This document shows, one piece after another, positions 28,901-36,294 of a stretch of 61,469 bases of DNA. The DNA comes from Eubacteriales bacterium (lineage in GTDB: Bacteria > Bacillota > Clostridia > Oscillospirales > CAG-272). The notes beneath the pieces are model-generated. The model saw nothing but the letters and a program-made list of their open reading frames with translations. It was not told where the DNA came from and did no database searches. Numbering within the stretch: position 1 is the stretch's first letter; each line of letters starts with the position of its first letter. The DNA lies in assembly GCA_045635885.1 (NCBI GenBank), contig JAZTWO010000041.1:1-61469 (forward strand), read 5' to 3'. The translations under genes were made by a program, and so were the position numbers.

Positions 28901-31857
28901 AGCGCTGTTCCTTCTGTCACACCGCATGTTTTACAAGTTTTAGCTACGGTACAAGTTGCATCTACCCAATTGTGTCCAAGCGATGCGCCTTCGGTTGCAC
29001 CGCAAGTTTTACAAGTTTTAGCTACTGTACAAGTTGCATTATCCCAATTATGACCAAGCGCTGCGCCTTCTGTTGCGCCACATCTTTCACAAGCTTTGGG
29101 TGTGGTACAAGTAGCGGCTGTCCAATCGTGTCCAAGCGCTGTGCCTTCCTTCAAGCCACATCCTGTGCAGGTCTTGGGTGTTGTGCAAGTTGCTTCTTCC
29201 CAAGTATGTGTGTGGTTTGTGTCAAACACAAAGTCAATTTCATATGTGCCAAGATAGAAAACGGAGCTACCCTTTCTATATGACTTCCAGTCATCATTTG
29301 ATGTAACTGTGATTATCAAGGTATCGTTAAACACCTTGGGTGCGCCAAGTTTAGAAACTATTACACCGTTCTTGATTTCGCAATATGTTCCATCTGCAAA
29401 TGTGATGTTTACTCTATACTTGCTTCTTTCATTAAGTGAAAGCTCCTCAGTTTTAATAACCATATTTACAAGGTCATAGTAAACAACATTCAAAAGATCG
29501 TTTTCTGCGATATCATAAGAACCAAGAATATTTAATTTATCCTCATATTTTTCATATGCGAAATAGAGATTTTCATAACCGTATTTCTGCAAAATCTTCT
29601 TTATTTCCGCAAGGTCGGTTGTGCCGTCCTTTTTAATCAGCTTATAGTAAGCATCAATGTCAAGATAAGCACCAATTTCCAAATATGCGCCATGATAATC
29701 GTTGGCGGTGTCAAGAACACCTGTAAGCTCGGCATAAGTACCAAGCTCTGCCTTAACGCCTGCCTTTATCCACTTTTCAAAGCCGGAAATGTGAATGTAT
29801 GTATCAACTACCAAGCCAACTCTTGTCTCAATCTGACCCAAAACAGCAAGGTGATGTTGAGTAACTGAACTGTTGCTCATTTGTGAATAGGGCTGCAAAT
29901 AGTCATGGTTCAATCTCATACCGTATACATTAGTTTGGCTATAAGTGTATGAATAATCCATAATCGCTTTTGCGTCGAAAGAAATTGCAAATCCAACGCC
30001 AATGCTTGCACTTACGGGGCCACAAATCGGTATTTCAACAGTGCCCACACGAACTTCTGCTCTTGCGCTCTTACTGTCAACCTGTGTAAGCTTGCTGATA
30101 TCTGCAGCAACCTTTTCCCAGTCAGAGCAATAAAGAGTGTTCATGTAATAGGAGTTGAAGTCATTTTCAAGACTTGCACCGTTTTGGGGCTTGCAGTGGT
30201 CACACTTTTCTGTAGCCGCCTGCACCTGATTTGCAGTTGTCTTTTCAAATACAGAAGGATCGCTCGCTCTTGTCACCTCAACGCAACAAGCAAGATGCAC
30301 TTCACCTGTATTTTTATTTACAACGTATCCACTATTGCTTATTTCTTTAGAATCAACGGCAACACGGAAATTAAAGTTTACCTTGTCCTCTTGAATCATC
30401 GCAACGTCGAATTTTTCAAGCTTAATTCCCTTCCATTGAGTCTTAATATCATAATTTACGTCAATTCTGAAGTAACTATCAATACGATAGTTAAACATAA
30501 CTGAAAGCGTACCAATTTTTGTTCCGCTTGAATTCTTAATATCAAGAGTAACATCACCAATAATATCTATTGCCATCTTGCTATTGTTAAATTCTACAAT
30601 AGGATTAATATTAATACTATTCAAAAATGTAGTTGTATCAATAAGGTTTGGTGAAGTATAACCGTTTGCTTCAAGATAGTTTTCAGATGAAACCTTGATT
30701 GCGCTAAGGAATTCAACAAACTCCTCGTCAGCATAAAGAGCATTAACAATATCATCCTCTATAGCCGCAACATCAACGTTTACGTTTGAAAAATCAACTT
30801 CTTTATTATAGGCAATATCAAATTCCTTAAATATTTCCTGAAGCTCTGGCTCTAACAATGTAATCAACCATCTGCCGTCGGACAAGGGATAATAATCGCC
30901 AATAACACCGAAATAGCATTCTGTTTCGCTTGTTATCTGATCCATAGACTCTACTTCGCCAACGCAAATAATATCGCCCTTTGACAAAGCACCGATGTTG
31001 TTAACTATCAAGCAAAGATTGCCTGCCAAGTCAGAATAAATTTCATAGGGATAATATCCACCACCTGCATTTTCAAGTGACTTTAAGAAGACGATTCCGT
31101 CATTATATTCATAAACGTTTTCGTGATGGGGATCGCCCATAATAGTGAATGAAAGCTCTTTGCTCTTATACGATGCAAAAGCTAATTCACCTGAAAGCTT
31201 TGCAATATATGTTGTATCATGCATATAAGCTTCAGGCATGGAAACTCGCCATCTATTATTGCCATCTTTTTTTAACGTATACTGCAAAAGAACGTCGGTA
31301 TCATCTTCATACTCAGTTCCATAGAAATAACTGTCAAGAATTTTAAGATTGTTTCTGATGTACTCTTCACTTTCACTTGAAACAATGTAAAATACGAAAT
31401 TCGTATCAACATCAAAAATCTCGGTTATTCCAAGATAGTCTTCAATGCGCTCGTCACTTGCGATATTTACCACGTCGTGACAAGTTTCACACTCAAAAGC
31501 AATTGTTGTTTCATCACTTGAAATCTCAACGTATGAGTGACCCAATGCACTTGTTGAATGGCGCAAAACGTCTCCGCATCGAGCACAAACACTTTCGTAT
31601 ATACCACGAGTAGTGCAGTCCTCTTCTACGACAGCAACAGGTTCGCTATAAACGTGACCCAATGCATCAACCAAATCCGAAATATATCGTTCTCCACAGT
31701 GATCACAATGATATTCGGTATAACCAATTGAGGTACAAGTAGCCTCTACTTTGTTGACCTCAACAACTTCATGATTCTTCTTGTCTTTGTTGCCACATGA
31801 TGTAAAGATAAGCAACAAACAAAGCATCAATAAAGTTAATGATAAAAGTTTTTTCAT
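25921..31857 (-). CDS. 1978-aa BspA/TpLRR (LRR_5) surface lipoprotein with Cys/His repeats and a large unknown domain
   Basis: Lipobox FTSC; about five GHxWxxATCTxxKTCxxCG repeats; many 23-aa IPxSVTSIGxxAFxxCxxLTS repeats; terminal TIYCEA...WGYKPE cap. Confidence 0.9.
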   Translation of the reverse strand: MKKLLSLTLLMLCLLLIFTSCGNKDKKNHEVVEVNKVEATCTSIGYTEYHCDHCGERYISDLVDALGHVYSEPVAVVEEDCTTRGIYESVCARCGDVLRHSTSALGHSYVEISSDETTIAFECETCHDVVNIASDERIEDYLGITEIFDVDTNFVFYIVSSESEEYIRNNLKILDSYFYGTEYEDDTDVLLQYTLKKDGNNRWRVSMPEAYMHDTTYIAKLSGELAFASYKSKELSFTIMGDPHHENVYEYNDGIVFLKSLENAGGGYYPYEIYSDLAGNLCLIVNNIGALSKGDIICVGEVESMDQITSETECYFGVIGDYYPLSDGRWLITLLEPELQEIFKEFDIAYNKEVDFSNVNVDVAAIEDDIVNALYADEEFVEFLSAIKVSSENYLEANGYTSPNLIDTTTFLNSININPIVEFNNSKMAIDIIGDVTLDIKNSSGTKIGTLSVMFNYRIDSYFRIDVNYDIKTQWKGIKLEKFDVAMIQEDKVNFNFRVAVDSKEISNSGYVVNKNTGEVHLACCVEVTRASDPSVFEKTTANQVQAATEKCDHCKPQNGASLENDFNSYYMNTLYCSDWEKVAADISKLTQVDSKSARAEVRVGTVEIPICGPVSASIGVGFAISFDAKAIMDYSYTYSQTNVYGMRLNHDYLQPYSQMSNSSVTQHHLAVLGQIETRVGLVVDTYIHISGFEKWIKAGVKAELGTYAELTGVLDTANDYHGAYLEIGAYLDIDAYYKLIKKDGTTDLAEIKKILQKYGYENLYFAYEKYEDKLNILGSYDIAENDLLNVVYYDLVNMVIKTEELSLNERSKYRVNITFADGTYCEIKNGVIVSKLGAPKVFNDTLIITVTSNDDWKSYRKGSSVFYLGTYEIDFVFDTNHTHTWEEATCTTPKTCTGCGLKEGTALGHDWTAATCTTPKACERCGATEGAALGHNWDNATCTVAKTCKTCGATEGASLGHNWVDATCTVAKTCKTCGVTEGTALGHTWVDATCTAPKTCSTCRITSGSALGHVESDWIIDREPTNTEYGSKHTQCMTCGQVISVLSIYPIGSEGLEFSLNPDGVSYSVVGKGVCTSNKIIIPNTYNELPVTSIGYAAFHNCNSITSITIPDTVTSIDAAAFSFCTSLKIIEIPNSVTSIGDSAFQYCASLTNIEIPNSVTSIGAKAFRNCTLLTSIEIPDSVTIIADSAFEQCTSLTSVTIGNSVTSIGGSAFLGCTSLINISIPDSLTSIGENVFGSCTSLKYNQYDNAFYLGNNTNPYLVLMRAKDGAITSCKINSGTRIINNRAFYICDYLTSITIPKSVITIGKEAFSGCPLTNISIPNSVKSIGDLAFAYTPLTSITIPNSVTSIGAGAFEKCNSLTSVTIGNSVTSIGYGAFYYCTKLSSITFAQNSQLTSIPERAFYDCVSLTTIEIPDSVTSIGDSAFYNCISLTTIEIPDSITSIDGYAFYQCESLTSVTFGENSQLTDIWGYAFYNCKSLASITIPYVNNLRGSTFYNCTSLKSVTILNNLNSIGGSTFYNCRALTNITIPGSVTSIGSNAFYNCTNLQDVYFMGTVEDWVAINFTDFYSNPMIKATNLYFNNELVQNVEIPNTVTSIGNYAFYNCKSLTSITIPNSVTHIGNYAFYNCNLLTNITIPASVTSMGSVFSSNLSRIIYCEAESKPDGWGSSWNESSLLVVWGVQTSGITSDGLVWHQKNNEISIDKFTGVTNTVTIPSTINGKKVTNIGVRAFNGCTSLTSVKIPDSVISIGNSAFYGCTSLTSIEIPDLVEIIDNSTFSGCSSLKSVTIGDSVTSIGVNAFYNCKSLTSIIIPDSVSNIDYNAFEGCSKLTSVTIGNYVTNISNRAFYGCKALTSIEIPNSVTSIGASTFYNCTALKSVTIGNSVTNIGDYAFYGCKVLTSINIPESVTSIGNYAFAYCTALTSIVIPESVETMGYSVFYYSSSITIYCEASSKPYGWDENWCNTTYNYIWGYKPE

Positions 31858-31984
31858 AAAAAACTTCCTCCTCCGTTTTTCCTCGGCAGGTAATATAAAT
31901 AATAATATTTATTTAACAATGTTATTTTAGCACAAATTTTCCTTTATTGCAACCCTTTTTTGTTCTTTTTTATTGTTTGTTCAT

Positions 31985-32016
31985 AAAAAAAGCTCCTTGC
32001 TTTGCAAGGAGCTTTT
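31985..32016 (-). terminator. rnpB terminator
   Basis: AAAAGCTCCTTGC-ttt-GCAAGGAGCTTTT. Confidence 0.8.
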
Positions 32017-32020
32017 ATTC

Positions 32021-32426
32021 GTAATCGTGTCTATAAGCCGGGTTCTGTCTTAAACGGTCATCTATCTTCGCTTGTTGTCACCAACAAGCTTCGAGGGGTA
32101 CCCCTCGTGCCACCCTGCAGATATGTGTCGGGCAAACATCTGCGCACGGTGTTGCTTCAAGTAGGGTTTACAGCGGATCTATGTTACCATAGAAACGGGT
32201 GAGCTCTTACCTCGCCTTTCCATCCTTACCCCTAATAAAATTGCTAACGCAATTTGATTAGTAACAAACTGCAAGCAGTTTATTAAAAAGGGCGGTTTAT
32301 TTCTGTTGCACTTTCCCGGCAGTCGCCTGCGGCTGACGTTATCAGCTACTCTGCCCTGTGAAGCCCGGACTTTCCTCGCAATAACACCTTTCGGCAACAT
32401 ATTGCGCGACCGTTCGGCACGGTTAC
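32021..32426 (-). ncRNA. rnpB: RNase P RNA, type A-like
   Basis: GAGGAAAGTCCGGGC and ACAGAACCCGGCTTA (P4), GGAAAGTGCAACAGAAA, P13 loop GGTAAGAG, P14, P18; P1 GTAACCGTGCC/GACACGATTAC. Confidence 0.95.
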
Positions 32427-32434
32427 AGATAGTT

Positions 32435-32463
32435 ATTATAATATAAATTGAAGAAAATGTCAA
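32435..32463 (-). promoter_or_regulatory. Sigma-A promoter of rnpB
   Basis: Perfect TTGACA-17-TATAAT just upstream of P1. Confidence 0.85.
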
Positions 32464-32471
32464 TAGGATAC

Positions 32472-33128
32472 TTAGATTTCATCCTTTATTTTAATCTGCG
32501 GAACTCTTGTAACGAAGCACGCAACAATGGCTGTGATGACAATTTCAGGAATCATATACGTTCCGTTGTAAATAATTGAATAAACCGTTGCAAGTGAAGC
32601 ACCTGAAAATGTTTCAAGTATTTTTTGTCCCCATGAGTAAAATCCATCCTGTGTAAAAAACCATTCTGCCCAAGTGCCAAAAAATATCGCTCCTGACAAA
32701 ATATGGGAGATATATCTAAGCGAAATTGCAAAAATTGACCCAAGAACGATAGCTTTTTTGGTTTCAAACTTTTTTCTGAATACTCCGCCCAAACCAAGAA
32801 CGGAATATGCAAGAATATAGTCAATAAAAATCACCAAAACAGCTCGCCACCAAAGCATTTGGCTATCCCCAGGCAAAAAGAATGCGCTAACGGTGTTAAA
32901 GCCAAGTAACATTTGCAAAATTGAATAGGCAAATGCAGTTAAAAGCCCCCATTTTGTGCCATACATATAGGCAACTATAATGATGGGAAGCATGCTTGCG
33001 ATTGTAAATCCACCACCGAATGGCAGATTAAGGAATGGCATAACCGCACAAATGGCGGAAATGGACGTTGCAAATGCAATCATTATTGCACTTACAGTAA
33101 GGGCTTGTGTTCTTTGTTTCTTTTCCAT
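32472..33128 (-). CDS. thiT: ECF S-component thiamine transporter ThiT; start revised from 33158
   Basis: LPFGGGFTIASMLP, DYILAY, SGAIFF, YSIIYNGTYM; RBS AAGGAG; TPP riboswitch upstream. Confidence 0.9.
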   Translation of the reverse strand: MEKKQRTQALTVSAIMIAFATSISAICAVMPFLNLPFGGGFTIASMLPIIIVAYMYGTKWGLLTAFAYSILQMLLGFNTVSAFFLPGDSQMLWWRAVLVIFIDYILAYSVLGLGGVFRKKFETKKAIVLGSIFAISLRYISHILSGAIFFGTWAEWFFTQDGFYSWGQKILETFSGASLATVYSIIYNGTYMIPEIVITAIVACFVTRVPQIKIKDEI

Positions 33129-33142
33129 AAGAAAACTCCTTA

Positions 33143-33300
33143 AAAATAAACTAACCACACGAAAAAGTCCGTGTGGTTGTAATTTTTAGAGAGTTTTCTC
33201 CCAAGTACTACCTACGACGGCATTATCCGTATCAGGTTAAGGGTTCAGCATCTCTATTGAGCCATCTCAGCAATAAGCACCCCTGACTTCTTATGTGGTT
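33143..33300 (-). promoter_or_regulatory. TPP riboswitch (aptamer about 33203-33289) with terminator platform
   Basis: AGGGGTGC..GCTGAGA..ACCCTTAACCTGATACGGATAATGCCGTCGTAGG; terminator AACCACACG/CGTGTGGTT at 33153-78; promoter TTGACA-17-TAAACT at 33309-37. Confidence 0.93.
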
Positions 33301-33360
33301 GTGAGTATAGTTTAGCACAAATTTTATGTATTGTCAAGAGGAAATTGAATTTAACTATGA

Positions 33361-33386
33361 GGCGGGCGATTCGTGAATCGCCCGTC
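33361..33386. repeat. REP-like palindrome, copy 1
   Basis: GGGCGATTC-GT-GAATCGCCC; exact reverse complement of the core at 40554-40573. Confidence 0.8.
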
Positions 33387-33491
33387 ACCTATAAATCAAA
33401 ATTTGAAACACTAACAATACTTTTAAAAACTATTGCAAATATTTAAAAACTGTGATAGAATAAAAATAATAAAAACACAAAGGAGAAAATT

Positions 33492-36254
33492 ATGAAAAAG
33501 TTTTTAACACTCACACTCGTTGTGTTAACTTTGGTTTGTTTGCTCGCATCGTGCGGTGGGCAGGAACAAAAAACAACCGCAGCCACGACAACACAACCAA
33601 TTAAACCCGAACCGCCCGTTCATACGCACAATTATGATGAATGGAAGACGGTTAAAAATCCCACCTGCACGGAAAATGGCGAAGAGGTGAGATATTGCTC
33701 TTGCGGTGAAAAGCAGAGTGAGGTTGTTGTTGCATTAGGACACAATCCTGCCGAAGCGGTTGAAGAAAATCGCGTTGAAGCGACCTGTTATGCAGAGGGT
33801 GGATACGATATGGTTATTTATTGCTCTGAATGTAAGGCAGAGCTTGAAAGAGCAACGTTTGCGTTAAGCAAGGTTGAGCATACGCCTGCAAATGCGGTTG
33901 AGGAAAACCGAGTAAATCCCACACACGAGAAGGACGGTAGCTATCAAATGGTAGTTTATTGCTCAGTAGCGGAGTGCCACGCAGAGCTTGAAAGAACAAC
34001 GCATATTATTGATATGCTTGTTCATCACCCCGGTAATGTGGTTGTTGAAAATCAGGTGACTGCAACTTGTACGAAAAACGGAAGCTATGACGAGGTTGTT
34101 TATTGCCTTGACGACGATTGCGGACACAAGGAACTTTCAAGAAAAACAATTTCCGTTCCTATGGTTGCTCATACACCTGCCGACGCAGTTGAAGAAAATA
34201 GAGTTGAAGCTACTTGCACAACAAAGGGTAGCTACGACGAGGTGGTTTACTGCGCAAACTGTGGCACGCAGATGAGTAGAACTAAAAAGGTTATCGACAT
34301 GGTGTCACACACCGAAAGCGATTGGATTGTCGACGTTGAAGCGACAACCACAACTGTGGGTTCGAAGCATACGGAGTGTACGGTTTGCGGTGCAAGAATT
34401 AAGACGGAAACAATAGATAAATTGCCAAGACCTGCATCCGAAGGACTTGCATTTACTCTCAATAGTAACTTTGCAAGTTATTCTGTAACAGGAATTGGCA
34501 CTTGTACGGATACGGATATTGTTATTCCAAGTACTTATAACGGCTTGCATGTAACAAGTATTGGTAATTATGCATTCCAATATTGCTTATCGCTTACAAG
34601 CATAGAAATCCCCGACTCCGTGACGAGTATTGGTAAGTATGCATTCGAAGGTTGCTCATCGCTGACAAGTGTAACAATTGGAAACTCCGTGACGAGTATT
34701 GGTGATCGTGCATTCGAAGATTGCACATCGCTCACAAGCGTAACAATCGGTGACTCCGTGACGAGTATTGGTGATTGGGCATTCGCTTATTGCTCATCAC
34801 TTGCAAGCATAACAATCCCCGACTCCGTGACGAGTATTGGTGATCGTGCATTCCAATCTTGCAGATCGCTCGCAAGCGTAACAATCGGCGATTCCGTGAC
34901 AAGTATTGGTTATGCTGCATTTGCTGGTTGCTTATCGCTTACAAGCATAACAATCCCCGACTCCGTGACGAGTATTAGTAAGTCTGCATTTAATGATTGC
35001 TATTCACTTATTGAAGTTATCAACAAATCATCATTGAATATAGTTGCAGGTTCATATGATTATGGATATGTTGGCTATTATGCAAAGTATATTATAACCG
35101 ATGAATCTCAGTCTGCACTTAAAACCGTAGGTAATTTTATTTTCTGTGATGATGGAACAGATATTTATCTTGTTAAATATTTGGGTAGTGATGCTGAAAT
35201 AACTCTTCCCGAATATGATGGCGGAAAAGAGTATGGTGTTTGGAATTATGCATTCTACGATAATGATATTATTACAAGCATAACAATCCCCGATTCAGTA
35301 ACAAGCATTGGTAATTATGCATTCGAATATTGCACATCACTCACAAGCATAACAATCCCCGACTCCGTGACGAGTATTGGTTATGTTGCATTCAAAGATT
35401 GCACATCTCTTACAAGCGTAGTAATACCCGACTCTGTGACGAGTATTGCTGATGCTACATTCCGTAATTGCTATTCACTTACAAGCATAACAATCCCCGA
35501 TTCCGTGACGAGTATTGGTAGTGAGGCGTTCTATGAGTGCAAATCGCTCGCAATCGTAATAATCGGCGATTCCGTGACGAGTATTGGTAGTTCTGCATTT
35601 GATAGTTGCTTATCGCTCGCAAGTGTAACAATCGGCAGTTCCGTTACAAGTATTGGAGATGGTGCATTTTCTCCTGGTTTCTCACTCATCGAAGTAATAA
35701 ACAAATCATCGTTGAATATCACCGCAGGTTCCTATGATAATGGAGGAATTGGATATTATGCAAAGCATATTATAACCGATGAATCACAATCAGCAATTAA
35801 AACTGTTGGAGATTATATTTTCTATGATGACGGAACTGAAATTTATTTGGTAAAATACATTGGCAATGATACAGAAATAACTCTTCCTGAATATGACGGT
35901 GGAAAAAAATATGCGATTTGGAAATATGCATTTTTCTATAATGAGAAAATAACAAGCGTAACAATTCCCAATTCTGTGACAAGTATTGGTAGTGAGGCAT
36001 TTGGTATTTGCTTATTACTTACAACTATAATAATTGATAATTCTGTGACGAGTATTGGTGATTGGGCATTCAATGGTTGCACATCACTTGCAAGCATAGT
36101 AATCCCCAATTCAGTAACAAGTATTGGTGATAGTGCATTCTCTGGTTGCGATTCGCTCACAATTTACTGCGAAGCAACTTCAAGGCCGAGCGGATGGCAT
36201 TATTATTGGAATTCTTACAACCTCCCTGTAGTTTGGGGCTACAAACCCGAATAA
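33492..36254 (+). CDS. 920-aa BspA/TpLRR surface lipoprotein with Cys/His repeats
   Basis: Lipobox LASC; HxPxxAVEENRVxATC..YDxVVYC repeats; 23-aa LRRs; WGYKPE cap; RBS AAGGAG. Confidence 0.9.
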   Translation: MKKFLTLTLVVLTLVCLLASCGGQEQKTTAATTTQPIKPEPPVHTHNYDEWKTVKNPTCTENGEEVRYCSCGEKQSEVVVALGHNPAEAVEENRVEATCYAEGGYDMVIYCSECKAELERATFALSKVEHTPANAVEENRVNPTHEKDGSYQMVVYCSVAECHAELERTTHIIDMLVHHPGNVVVENQVTATCTKNGSYDEVVYCLDDDCGHKELSRKTISVPMVAHTPADAVEENRVEATCTTKGSYDEVVYCANCGTQMSRTKKVIDMVSHTESDWIVDVEATTTTVGSKHTECTVCGARIKTETIDKLPRPASEGLAFTLNSNFASYSVTGIGTCTDTDIVIPSTYNGLHVTSIGNYAFQYCLSLTSIEIPDSVTSIGKYAFEGCSSLTSVTIGNSVTSIGDRAFEDCTSLTSVTIGDSVTSIGDWAFAYCSSLASITIPDSVTSIGDRAFQSCRSLASVTIGDSVTSIGYAAFAGCLSLTSITIPDSVTSISKSAFNDCYSLIEVINKSSLNIVAGSYDYGYVGYYAKYIITDESQSALKTVGNFIFCDDGTDIYLVKYLGSDAEITLPEYDGGKEYGVWNYAFYDNDIITSITIPDSVTSIGNYAFEYCTSLTSITIPDSVTSIGYVAFKDCTSLTSVVIPDSVTSIADATFRNCYSLTSITIPDSVTSIGSEAFYECKSLAIVIIGDSVTSIGSSAFDSCLSLASVTIGSSVTSIGDGAFSPGFSLIEVINKSSLNITAGSYDNGGIGYYAKHIITDESQSAIKTVGDYIFYDDGTEIYLVKYIGNDTEITLPEYDGGKKYAIWKYAFFYNEKITSVTIPNSVTSIGSEAFGICLLLTTIIIDNSVTSIGDWAFNGCTSLASIVIPNSVTSIGDSAFSGCDSLTIYCEATSRPSGWHYYWNSYNLPVVWGYKPE

Positions 36255-36261
36255 ACATACT

Positions 36262-36290
36262 AAAAACTCCTCTCGGTGAGAGGAGTTTTT
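36262..36290. terminator. Bidirectional terminator, same sequence family as 25805 and 25882
   Basis: AAAAACTCCTCTC-ggt-GAGAGGAGTTTTT. Confidence 0.85.
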
Positions 36291-36294
36291 TATT

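Noticed and set aside
31858-31895. Shared leader motif TGCCGA...AAACG..GAGGA before LRR genes 1 and 3 (also 57700-57727)
   Set aside because: Too short, variable in spacing, partly just the RBS, and absent from gene 2.
32002-32463. ORFs 32002-32202 and 32179-32463
   Set aside because: They overlap the RNase P RNA gene.
34540-35000. CRISPR-like regular repeats
   Set aside because: The 69-bp period is in frame within an LRR coding sequence; there are no unique spacers or cas genes.
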